Shown in pieces: positions 40,201 through 48,162 of a stretch of 64,000 nt of DNA; the first letter of the stretch is position 1, and each line of letters opens with the position of its first letter. The notes under the pieces were generated by a model that did not search any database, was not told the DNA's origin, and saw only the letters and a list, made by a program, of their open reading frames with translations. The stretch is from Candidatus Scatovivens faecipullorum (GTDB taxonomy: Bacteria; Bacillota; Clostridia; TANB77; CAG-508), in assembly GCA_018715625.1 (NCBI GenBank), contig DVLG01000035.1:24080-88079 (forward strand), in the 5' to 3' direction. Both the position numbers and the translations under genes were made by a program.

Positions 40201-43170
40201 TTCTTTTATTAAATCTCTAACTATTGTATCTGTTGTTGTTCCTAAATCTTCATTTGATATTACATCTTTATTTCCTTTAAAAGGAACTCTTCCTATTAAC
40301 ACTAAATCTGAACATTCATTTTCTGTATTGTTTAATGCTAATAATTCCATTGTAGCAACTCTTGCTGGACCGTTTATTGCAATTTGTTTTGTTACTTTTC
40401 CTTGTTTTACTGATCTTATTTCACTTAAATTTCCATCATAATTTACAATACCATTTATTGCAATTAATCCTTTTGGTGCTTGGTATTTAATTAATGCAAC
40501 ATCAAAACCATTTGTTGTTTTTAATATTCCATTTGGTATTTGTTTATTTATTGTCCATTTTGTTTGTGATTGATAATTTGATACACCTTCATTGTAATAA
40601 TATAATTTGATTTGGTCTTCTTTTGATGGAGTATAATCATCTACTTCTATATTCACATTTACAACTATATTTGTTCCATTTGTAATTGAACTTTCACTAA
40701 ATGTTTTTTGTGTTCCTACAAGTTCAATTCTCATTTTTACAATATCACTTTCTGTATAAGTATTAAAATCACTTACTTGTAAGCCATTTTCATATAATAA
40801 ATTTATACTTTGTACTGATACTGCTTTTACATATTTAGGAAATACTAATTCAAATGTAGGATTTACATATAAATCACTATTTTCCTTATCATTATTTAAT
40901 TCTATTTTTAATTCTACATTATTGTTATCTTGTATTGTTGTTAATGTTTCTTTATTTATTGATAATGTAGCTGATGTAGAACTTTCTTCAAATTCTTTTC
41001 TTGTTCCAATAGCTCCAAGTGCTAAAGTTTCTTCAATTGCTTGATATTTAACTTCAGCTGTTATTCTACTTTCAATTTGTGTTATATCTTTAAATGTTGA
41101 TTTTTCATAATTACAATTTTTAATTGCTTTTGTTAATTCAAAACTTATATTTCCATTTTTTGCAATATTTCTTGCATAAACTAAAATTCCATTTGCTCCA
41201 TTTAAATTAATTGTACAATCCTCTTCTTTTGTTACTAATGAAGAATTTAATGTATATAAAAGCTCTCCATTTGCATTTGTTATTACTATTTCTCCACCTG
41301 CTGATAAAATTGATGAAATTTCAGAATAATTAAATTTAATTTGTTTATATTCTATTCCTTGTGCTTGTAACTCAAGATTATTTGAAGTAATATAATATTC
41401 TTTTGTACTATCTATTTTTAATTCCTCTAATATATCACTTGTTAGTATATTAACATTTACTTGTGTTGTATATTCTGTTTCATATACTGGTGTTTCTGAA
41501 TTATAATTTGCATATATTTTTGCTTTATTAATTTTATCTTCTGTTGAACTAATATTATATGTAATTAATTCTCCAACATCTATTTTTATACTTTGTCTAT
41601 CATTTATTTCTTTTGTAAGAATATTGTTTTCATTTGAACTATATTCTTCAACACTTGCTTTTACTACTTTATCTAAGTTTGAATTTTCTTCACTTATATA
41701 ATCTTCATATCTATATATAACAACGTATTCGTCAATTCCATTTGTATTTAAAGCTTCAGTATTCTCTACTACTGTAAAAATTTTTCCTGATTCTTTGTCA
41801 TAGTTCCAATTAGCTTGTGTAAAGTTTGTATATCCAGTATCCTCTCCTCTTGTTGCCATTAACTTATTTGCAACTACATCTACTTCAATAGGAGCTTTTC
41901 CATTTACTTTTGGAACTGTTATTTCTAATTTTGTTGATTTTATTGGTAAATATTTAGTATCTGTAATTTCTCTTTTTACAGATATTTTGTTTTCAACAAT
42001 AGTTCCTTTTATATCTCCTATTTCAAATGGAGAAAATTTTGTATATTCACTTGTTAATTCTATATCTTTAGAATATTCCCATCCTAAAGTTACTTCTTCT
42101 TCTTTTCCGATTTGTACTTCTTCTAAGTCGCTATTTATATATGTTCCACTTATTTGTAATTTTATATTTTTATATAAATCTGAAACTTTTAAAGTTTCTC
42201 CTTGAACATATTCTAAATCTGCAATAATTTTTGTATCTTCTATTATATTTGTAAGTTTAATTTTATCGTCTGCAATTAAACTTATATCTAAAGCTGCATT
42301 TGCAATTTCTTGTTGAAGTTTATCTGCTGCTTCTGTTTTCTCTATAATTACTTCTTCTTCATTTACTAATTGATCTTCTTCAGACACAACAGAATCAGAA
42401 GCTACATTATTAGCCTCTTGGTTAACAGTATTATTTTCTTCTATCGCAATTTCATTTGCTACTGTTTCATTAACTACTTCTGATATTTCTGTTTCATTTA
42501 CTACATTATTATTTGAAGTATCATTTGAAGAATTTGTAATCTCATTTGTTACTGCATTAGTTGTTTCATTATTTGCATTATTAGCCTCATTTGTAACTTC
42601 ATTTGCTACTTCATTTTTTACAACTTCTGTTACTGTATTTTCAGAATTTTCATTTTGCTGTACATTCTCACTAACATTTGTATTTTCATTTACTACAGTA
42701 TTTGTCTCTTCTTTACTTTCTTCTACTGCAGGGTCTTGTGACTCTTCTTTTGCAGCCTCTTCTTCAATTTTACTTCCTACATCATCTAAATTAGAATTAG
42801 AATTTGCTTCTAAGCCTTCTATAACATTTTGGCTAACATTAGATATTCTAAAATTAATGTTATCATCAGCAGCACTTACTGCCTTGATTGTAGCATTTTT
42901 TAAATATCCTTCAACCTGTGGCAACACTTCTAAAACTAATTTAACCTTTTGGTTTACATTTCCAGTAAATTCATCCATTTGATTACCGTTTTCATCTTCA
43001 AAATAGGCATTAAACTTAATTTCATCTTTTTTGAAGAATCCATTGTTTATAACCTGGAATTCATCACTTGTTGCAATAGCTTCAATAGTGTATCCACAGT
43101 TTGAAAACAACATCATAAAAACAATTAGAATTACTAGAAACTTGCTTTTTTTAGTTCTTACTGTTTCCAT
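37270..43170 (-). CDS. giant surface protein A1 (1967 aa): signal peptide, Asn/Glu/Val-rich spacer, DUF11-like repeats, Asn-rich spacer, SdrD-B-like domain, LVSTG plus TM plus Lys-rich tail
   Basis: ATG 43170 (METVRTKKSKFLVILIVFMMLFSNCGYTIEAIA) has GGAG upstream. The earlier codons in the ORF track cover the leader. It is a paralogue of B1 (F.AYF...GYLK.A.I; (V/L)GR(V/I)PFKG.KD....EDLGTT.DT; GVSWLDTNKDGIKTDDE). Confidence 0.9.
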   Translation of the reverse strand: METVRTKKSKFLVILIVFMMLFSNCGYTIEAIATSDEFQVINNGFFKKDEIKFNAYFEDENGNQMDEFTGNVNQKVKLVLEVLPQVEGYLKNATIKAVSAADDNINFRISNVSQNVIEGLEANSNSNLDDVGSKIEEEAAKEESQDPAVEESKEETNTVVNENTNVSENVQQNENSENTVTEVVKNEVANEVTNEANNANNETTNAVTNEITNSSNDTSNNNVVNETEISEVVNETVANEIAIEENNTVNQEANNVASDSVVSEEDQLVNEEEVIIEKTEAADKLQQEIANAALDISLIADDKIKLTNIIEDTKIIADLEYVQGETLKVSDLYKNIKLQISGTYINSDLEEVQIGKEEEVTLGWEYSKDIELTSEYTKFSPFEIGDIKGTIVENKISVKREITDTKYLPIKSTKLEITVPKVNGKAPIEVDVVANKLMATRGEDTGYTNFTQANWNYDKESGKIFTVVENTEALNTNGIDEYVVIYRYEDYISEENSNLDKVVKASVEEYSSNENNILTKEINDRQSIKIDVGELITYNISSTEDKINKAKIYANYNSETPVYETEYTTQVNVNILTSDILEELKIDSTKEYYITSNNLELQAQGIEYKQIKFNYSEISSILSAGGEIVITNANGELLYTLNSSLVTKEEDCTINLNGANGILVYARNIAKNGNISFELTKAIKNCNYEKSTFKDITQIESRITAEVKYQAIEETLALGAIGTRKEFEESSTSATLSINKETLTTIQDNNNVELKIELNNDKENSDLYVNPTFELVFPKYVKAVSVQSINLLYENGLQVSDFNTYTESDIVKMRIELVGTQKTFSESSITNGTNIVVNVNIEVDDYTPSKEDQIKLYYYNEGVSNYQSQTKWTINKQIPNGILKTTNGFDVALIKYQAPKGLIAINGIVNYDGNLSEIRSVKQGKVTKQIAINGPARVATMELLALNNTENECSDLVLIGRVPFKGNKDVISNEDLGTTTDTIVRDLIKEDIQNSNMSTIYYSTNPDATKDLNNEANGWTTEVTDPSTIKSYLIVVNGKLKAGEVLRYTYDFEIPANLPYETSIAGSFGAYYNNNTDVAVVYESSSADIVGLTTEAGPKMEAKLSVDVGDGTEVLSFKRLKYTVSVTNSGSVAANDVIANCIVPQYTNYLTKDPRSAVGDYGYMVASGDYSDGIKFNLGTINPGETKEATYYVRTYNKPTLEEYAYKDDNGYYIITGYEDKEVQKEVENDGIKETITVIESVPIKEYITEVPDIYITNKATITSALMANPIETNEVKNKLNQANFASEIRLDYDREIQAGVATNFTLLLTNTSRKDMKNVVATLNVGDIYEYVSGTIDEKSENIEYIEEEGKIYYYIGDMAANQVVTLTTCVMSKQIDSASKTVDCYFEFYADEVAKEISTVVPQTVSKAVLEATDMTINLPESINENETATISTLITNISTVECSEGILEFEIPESVIVSSVRVSNGELLANASEGNIYSATLPLIHAKESITIDITLKAKNLSGTDSSEAIIIRKIKNTDQEDVVLEPVEFTINNNLKTDEEIEEDRVNDLIEQDQNNQANQENNSNNNFNNSSNDNTNNDSNGNSQDSIPGSNQDIVTPGDNNSNNTNNTNNNSNTTDNLQNTPNAITPKYSISGVSWLDTNKDGIKTDDETKMAGVKVYLLNTNGTMIKSTITAVDGTYQFNEVENGNYVIAVSYDETKYKATIYKKDSSSAENNSYIMENDSEDISAVTNEINVANQNVGNINIGLQNREIFDLVVNKYISKVKVENGKFSEEYNFDNLELAKVEIPSRRINGAKVTLEYTVSIENIGDLEGYAENVIDYLNSDLQFDESQNSEWFKGTDGYIYVKNINQTLLKPGDKKEIKLVLTKTMDGNNTGTHSNKVAILEAYSSDNVSENAENNNSVQNTLILVSTGGATTIIIFIIAIILIILIMFKTNIINKDTFKGKYKEKIKKKINVKKVYK

Positions 43171-43231
43171 ACAAAACTCCTTTTCTTTAGAATCTGGACG
43201 CAATACGTCTACTTTTTTATTTATATATAAA

Positions 43232-43260
43232 ATATTACTCTTTTTCAAAAACTTTGTAAA
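43232..43260 (-). promoter_or_regulatory. sigma-A promoter candidate for cassette A (A1-A2)
   Basis: On the minus strand: TTTACA (complement of 43255-43260), a 17-nt spacer, then TAATAT (complement of 43232-43237). It lies about 55 nt upstream of the A1 ATG. Confidence 0.45.
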
Positions 43261-43375
43261 CTCCAGTATTTTCCAATATTACAAAGCTTTAATTTTTCTT
43301 TTTACGGAATATCTAACTTCATGGCTTAAGAGTCTTATATTAAGTTTTAATTACATTTTTGTTTTTTTTACCTTG

Positions 43376-43406
43376 TTTTCCACATTTTTTCATCTTTCTG
43401 TGGAAA
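43376..43406. promoter_or_regulatory. 8-bp inverted repeat TTTCCACA-N14-TGTGGAAA between cassette A and the divergent small genes
   Basis: Read directly from the sequence: the left arm is 43377-43384, the right arm is 43399-43406, and the spacer TTTTTTCATCTTTC is 14 nt. Confidence 0.35.
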
Positions 43407-43477
43407 TCCGTAAGTTTTAATCAACTTTTAATTTTAAATGCATATCATATATTAATATTGTATAAGGGGGAATTATT

Positions 43478-43618
43478 TTGAATAACATGGATATTAATAA
43501 ACTTCTTGCTGCCATTTCAAAAATGGATAAAGAAGAACTTGAAAAAAATATTTATAAAGCTAAGCAAATATTAGAAAATTCTAATATACAAAAAGATATG
43601 AATAAGGATGATAAATAA
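43478..43618 (+). CDS. possible 46-aa helical protein (TTG start; alternative ATG at 43487)
   Basis: Not in the ORF track because it is too short. AAGGGGG (43464-43470) lies 7 nt upstream of the TTG. Translation is MNNMDINKLLAAISKMDKEELEKNIYKAKQILENSNIQKDMNKDDK. It overlaps the start of the next ORF. Confidence 0.35.
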   Translation: MNNMDINKLLAAISKMDKEELEKNIYKAKQILENSNIQKDMNKDDK

Positions 43619-44000
43619 TATGAATGAAGATTTTTCAGAAGTTTTTAACAAATTTTCAGAAATTTTAAAAGACAAAAATATTGATTTAAATAATTTAGCA
43701 GGTGGTCAAAACCCACCTGCTGATAATTCAGATTTTTCTTTAGATATTGATACAATACTAAAAATTAAAGATATATTAAGTAGACTAAACAAAACTAAAG
43801 ACTGTCCTAGAAATAAGGTTTTAGCTTCGCTTAAGCCTTATCTAGAAGATACAAAAAAAGAAAAACTAGAAAAATATATGCAAATTGCTAATTTACTAAG
43901 TGTTATGGAAGAATTAGATATTGGAATAGATTTTTTAAAGAAAAATAAAGAAGGCTATGATTTTATATTAATCATAACCTTATTCTTATTAATATTTTAA
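43608..44000 (+). CDS. hypothetical protein (130 aa) with C-terminal hydrophobic tail
   Basis: ORF track entry. A likelier start is ATG 43620 (MNEDF...). The C-terminus YDFILIITLFLLIF is hydrophobic. No motif was recognised. Confidence 0.5.
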   Translation: MINNMNEDFSEVFNKFSEILKDKNIDLNNLAGGQNPPADNSDFSLDIDTILKIKDILSRLNKTKDCPRNKVLASLKPYLEDTKKEKLEKYMQIANLLSVMEELDIGIDFLKKNKEGYDFILIITLFLLIF

Positions 44001-44602
44001 ACTATTATAATTTCATTTTTCTCTATTTTACAAATAGGACATCTATCAATCTTTTCTCCAACTTCTCTAACTAAATTAGCAATTCTAATTTGAGTAATAT
44101 CTATATTGTTTGCTGATATTATTGCCATTGTATTACCATTTGCTCCAGCATGTGCAACTCCTCTTAAAGCTCCTAATATCATAATATTTCCACCTGCAAT
44201 AATTTCTGCTCCAGAATTTACATCTCCACAAATTACAATACTACCAGGATATTCTTCTTTTTGACCAGATCTTAAAGAATTTTGTACAAATTTTGTTTCA
44301 GAAATATCAATTTTTTCTTCAAATGTTTTTTTAATTGCATGTAATCCTAATAAATCTGATACATCATCAAATTTTACTTCTACATTAATTGAGCTATTTA
44401 TTAATTTTTTTACTTTTTCAATTTCTGAATCAGTAAATAATCTTCCTGTAATTCTTATAGGTATTGTTGAAGATTGATAGAAATCTCTCAATTTTGGAAG
44501 TTTTACTTCTAATTCTTCTAAAATTTCATGGATTTCTGCTATTACATTAACATTTAATATTATTTCATTTGTAGTTTGGCTAATTTTAATATTATTAAGC
44601 AT
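43997..44602 (-). CDS. minC: septum site-determining protein MinC
   Basis: The C-terminal beta-helix repeat GDVNSGAEIIAGGNIMILGALRGVAHAGANG is typical of MinC. Confidence 0.85.
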   Translation of the reverse strand: MLNNIKISQTTNEIILNVNVIAEIHEILEELEVKLPKLRDFYQSSTIPIRITGRLFTDSEIEKVKKLINSSINVEVKFDDVSDLLGLHAIKKTFEEKIDISETKFVQNSLRSGQKEEYPGSIVICGDVNSGAEIIAGGNIMILGALRGVAHAGANGNTMAIISANNIDITQIRIANLVREVGEKIDRCPICKIEKNEIIIV

Positions 44603-44617
44603 ATCTTCTCCCTCTTT

Positions 44618-46732
44618 CTATCTAAAAGCTTCTACTTCTGCTGTAGCTGACATATTTTCTTGTACTGTTGGAATATTCATACCAAAATATTCAAGAACAA
44701 TATCTTTTACTACTTCCGCTGTTGAATATCCATGTTTACCATTTTCTATAGTTACAGCAACTGCTATTTCAGGATCTTCAAATGGTGCAAAACCTACAAA
44801 CCATCCATCTGTTCTTCTTCCAGCTTGAGCAGAACCAGTTTTTCCTCCAACAGATATTGGAAAATCTCTAAATGTTGAATGTGCTGTTCCTCCTTCACCT
44901 TCTGTAACAGATCTCATACCTTCTAGTACGGCATTCATTGTACTTTCACTTATTTGTATATCCTCTTCTTCTTCTGTTTCTAAACCTAACTTCTTATTTA
45001 CAAATTCGTTAATTTCATCTCTAGATACTTGTGTTCCATTTGATTTATTTATGCTTTTAATAATTGTTGTATCAATTTTCTTTCCACCATTTGCAAGCAT
45101 TGCTGTATATTTAGCCATCTGTAATGGTGTAAAACTATTATAGCCTTGACCAATAGATGCATAGGCCGTTTGAGCTGCAGACCATACCTCACCTTTTTCT
45201 TCTGCAACACTTCTTTGGGCTAATGTTCCTTTACTTTCTCCTACAATTTCTATACCTGTTTTAGAACCAAGTCCAAAATATTTTGCATATCTTGTCATAT
45301 TATCTATTCCCATTCTTGTACTAACAGTAAAAAAGAAAATATTACAAGATTTTTGGATAGCTCCTACTACATTTAATGGACCATGTCCTACTCCATAATC
45401 ATTATAATACCAACAAGCTGGTGGTTTTGTATTTGAATCTGTTATTCCATAAAAAGGCCCATTATCATTTATTTTTTCTGTTAAAGTTGTATTACCTGTT
45501 TCTAATGCTGCTATTGCTGTTACCATTTTAAAAGTAGATCCTGGTGCATAAGTACTTTGAAAAGCTTTACTATATAATGGATGATAAGGATTATTATTAT
45601 ATTCATCTAGTTGTGCTTGTGATATACCATTATAAAAAGCACTTGGATCATAATCTGGATAACTTGCCATTGCAAGGACTTCACCAGTTTTTACATTTAT
45701 AACAGCTACTGCTCCACCTTCTGCTTCATCTCCACCTTCTCTTATTTTAAGAATATTTCTTTCAAGAGAATCTTCTGCAATTTGTTGAAGATGTGCGTCT
45801 ATTGTAAGTACTATATCTGCTCCTCCAATAGCTTCTTGTGAAGTATATTCTCCTGTTACTGTTCCATCAACAGACATATCAATTTGCTTTATTCCATCTT
45901 CTCCTCTTAAATATTCTTCAAATGTTTTTTCAATTCCTGTTTGACCAACTTTATCATCAACTTCATATTCATGTGTATCTCCATTTGCTGCAAATTCTTC
46001 CTGATTTGTTTTACTTATTCTACTTACATATCCCAAAATATGTGAAGCTAAATTCCCTTGATGATATACTCTTGTTGGCTCTACAACAATATTTACACCA
46101 GTTAAATCTTGAGAATTTTCTTGAAGTTGTACTGCACTTTCTCTAGAAATATCTTCTGATATTTCTATTGATCGTGTTGTGGAATATCCAATTGTTGTTA
46201 TAGCATATCTTATAGCTAAAATTTGTCTTATTTCTTTTACATTTTCACTATTTATATTATATTTATCCCTAAATAGATAAAATGCTTCTTCTGCTGAGGC
46301 TGTCTCTGGTATATCATATTCTTCTTTCCATTCTGCAAGTTCTTCTTCAGATTCAAAATGATATTCAAAAGGATCTATACTTATTGGAAATGTATCTACA
46401 TACTCATTTCCATTATTTTCTAAAATATTGGTCATTAATAAAATAGATTTATTAAGTTGCTCATCATCTGTTTTAGATTTATACATCTCAAGTGAAAATT
46501 TCATTTCAGTACTTACTAAAACATTGCCACTTCTATCTAGAATACTTCCTCTTGCTGCTTCAATAGTTGCTTCTCTTGTTAATCTTGTATTGGACTCTTC
46601 TCTATATTCCGAACCATTTACAATCTGCAGATTAAAAAGTTGTATTAAAATTATTATTCCAAATAAATATACTATTGCTGTTAAAACATTATATCTAAAA
46701 TTAGAGTTTTCAAGTTCACTTTTTTGTCTCAG
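44618..46732 (-). CDS. mrdA: penicillin-binding protein 2 (elongation transpeptidase); N-terminus extended beyond the ORF-track Met
   Basis: The transpeptidase motifs are STFK (PGSTFKMVTA), SCN (QKSCNIFF) and KTG (GGKTGSAQ). The in-frame region 46505-46732 encodes the expected TM anchor and the LQIVNGSEYREESNTRL...ARGSILDRSGNVL segment. Confidence 0.8.
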   Translation of the reverse strand: MRQKSELENSNFRYNVLTAIVYLFGIIILIQLFNLQIVNGSEYREESNTRLTREATIEAARGSILDRSGNVLVSTEMKFSLEMYKSKTDDEQLNKSILLMTNILENNGNEYVDTFPISIDPFEYHFESEEELAEWKEEYDIPETASAEEAFYLFRDKYNINSENVKEIRQILAIRYAITTIGYSTTRSIEISEDISRESAVQLQENSQDLTGVNIVVEPTRVYHQGNLASHILGYVSRISKTNQEEFAANGDTHEYEVDDKVGQTGIEKTFEEYLRGEDGIKQIDMSVDGTVTGEYTSQEAIGGADIVLTIDAHLQQIAEDSLERNILKIREGGDEAEGGAVAVINVKTGEVLAMASYPDYDPSAFYNGISQAQLDEYNNNPYHPLYSKAFQSTYAPGSTFKMVTAIAALETGNTTLTEKINDNGPFYGITDSNTKPPACWYYNDYGVGHGPLNVVGAIQKSCNIFFFTVSTRMGIDNMTRYAKYFGLGSKTGIEIVGESKGTLAQRSVAEEKGEVWSAAQTAYASIGQGYNSFTPLQMAKYTAMLANGGKKIDTTIIKSINKSNGTQVSRDEINEFVNKKLGLETEEEEDIQISESTMNAVLEGMRSVTEGEGGTAHSTFRDFPISVGGKTGSAQAGRRTDGWFVGFAPFEDPEIAVAVTIENGKHGYSTAEVVKDIVLEYFGMNIPTVQENMSATAEVEAFR

Positions 46733-46770
46733 TTACCTCACCTTCTTTATCTTCTTTTCATAATTTTATA

Positions 46771-47304
46771 TTAAAAATATCTTGTTAAAATATTATTTTT
46801 CTTAAACACTCTATCTATTGAATATCCAAGTTTTTGCATTAATGGATATAAGATAATTGATAGTAAAATATTATAAATTATTTCTATTACTACTATTTTA
46901 AAGAAATATAAATATTCTCTTTCAAAATTTATTATTATTGAATTCATAAAATATGAACCAAATTCATATATAAGTGTAGCACCCGCTACCATAAAAATTA
47001 TTGTTAATTTATTTTCTTTTGAAAAGTTCTTATCAAAATAAGAACCTAAATAACCTATTATACATAGCATAACTGCTGTAATTCCTATTGTTCTTCCATA
47101 AATTAGATCAAGCATTAAACCAAATATTACACCAAATGTTATTCCCAAAACTTGGTTAGCATAAAGTCCTATAAATAATACATATATTATAAATAAATTA
47201 GGTTTCACTCCTGCTATTGTGAAAGAACTAAATATATTCACTTGTAAATAATAGATTAAAAAGAAAATTAATATTAATCCAATTATTATACCAATTTTTT
47301 TCAA
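46771..47304 (-). CDS. mreD: rod shape-determining protein MreD
   Basis: A 177-aa polytopic membrane protein immediately downstream of mreC, which is the conserved position. Confidence 0.75.
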   Translation of the reverse strand: MKKIGIIIGLILIFFLIYYLQVNIFSSFTIAGVKPNLFIIYVLFIGLYANQVLGITFGVIFGLMLDLIYGRTIGITAVMLCIIGYLGSYFDKNFSKENKLTIIFMVAGATLIYEFGSYFMNSIIINFEREYLYFFKIVVIEIIYNILLSIILYPLMQKLGYSIDRVFKKNNILTRYF

Positions 47305-47324
47305 AATTATAAAACCTCTTCCTA

Positions 47325-48140
47325 TTAATTATTTATTATAAGTACAGTATCTACTTTTGAAAAATCTACTGCTGGTTCTACTATTGCATATCTATCTGTT
47401 ATATTACTTGTTGTAATTATTTCTTTTATAGTTCCTATTATTATTCCTTTAGGATATATACCTCCAACTCCAGATGTATATACACTATCTCCTTGAACAA
47501 GTTCTGCACCTGTTGGAATATATGAAGCTCTTAGTATTTGATCATTTTCAAGTGTTCCTTTGCAAATAATACTTTCCATAGTTGTACTAATTGTGCAACT
47601 TACTGTACTCGCCGAATCTATTATAACTTGAACTTTACAAGTTTTGTCAGCTACTGATATTACATGTCCAACTAATCCTTTATCTGCTATTACTGTCATT
47701 TTTTCTTTTATTCCATCTTCAGAACCGACATTTAAAACTAATGTGCTACTAAAATTACTTACATCTCTATTTATTACATATGCTGGAGTTGTATCGTATT
47801 CAGAATATTTTTCTGTTAAATTCATATATCCTTGAAGAGTAGTATTTTCTGCTTTTATTATTTCAAGTTCTCTTAATTCTGTTTCAAGTTCACTATTTCT
47901 CTTTTTTAGTTCTTCATTTTCTGCGATAATGCTATCCATGTTAGAAAAGTAAGCACTATTTCCTTGTATTTTATTTTTTATATCCATCATTATTCTTTGG
48001 ATTGGGTTTACTATAGAACTTGCAACATTTTCTAAATATGAAACCTTATTAAGCTCAATATTTGAAAGAAAAATTAAAAGTATTAAAATTATTACTGTAA
48101 GAATTCCTCCTAATATTTCTGTTTGCTTGTTTCTATTCAT
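47325..48140 (-). CDS. mreC: rod shape-determining protein MreC
   Basis: An N-terminal TM helix and a coiled-coil (ENEELKKRNSELETELRELE) are present. The C-terminal beta domain shows GLVGHV and GGIYPKGIIIGTI. Confidence 0.85.
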   Translation of the reverse strand: MNRNKQTEILGGILTVIILILLIFLSNIELNKVSYLENVASSIVNPIQRIMMDIKNKIQGNSAYFSNMDSIIAENEELKKRNSELETELRELEIIKAENTTLQGYMNLTEKYSEYDTTPAYVINRDVSNFSSTLVLNVGSEDGIKEKMTVIADKGLVGHVISVADKTCKVQVIIDSASTVSCTISTTMESIICKGTLENDQILRASYIPTGAELVQGDSVYTSGVGGIYPKGIIIGTIKEIITTSNITDRYAIVEPAVDFSKVDTVLIINN

Positions 48141-48162
48141 CTATATCTCCCTTTCTATCTGA

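Noticed and set aside
14679-43170. Interpretation of the four giant proteins as a sortase-assembled pilus operon (backbone plus tip adhesin)
   Set aside because: There is no pilus-specific sortase gene in or next to the cluster. I could find no recognisable pilin motif (YPKN-like) or E-box. Subunits of 1800-2767 aa are far larger than pilins. I keep this only as a remote possibility.
14679-43420. Many plus-strand ORFs of 60-180 aa inside the giant minus-strand genes (for example 18355-18846, 26351-26755, 27191-27547, 28973-29305, 43031-43420)
   Set aside because: They are antisense to long, motif-rich ORFs. They translate to low-complexity Ser/Phe/Leu/Ile strings with no RBS or motif. They are typical shadow ORFs of AT-rich coding DNA.
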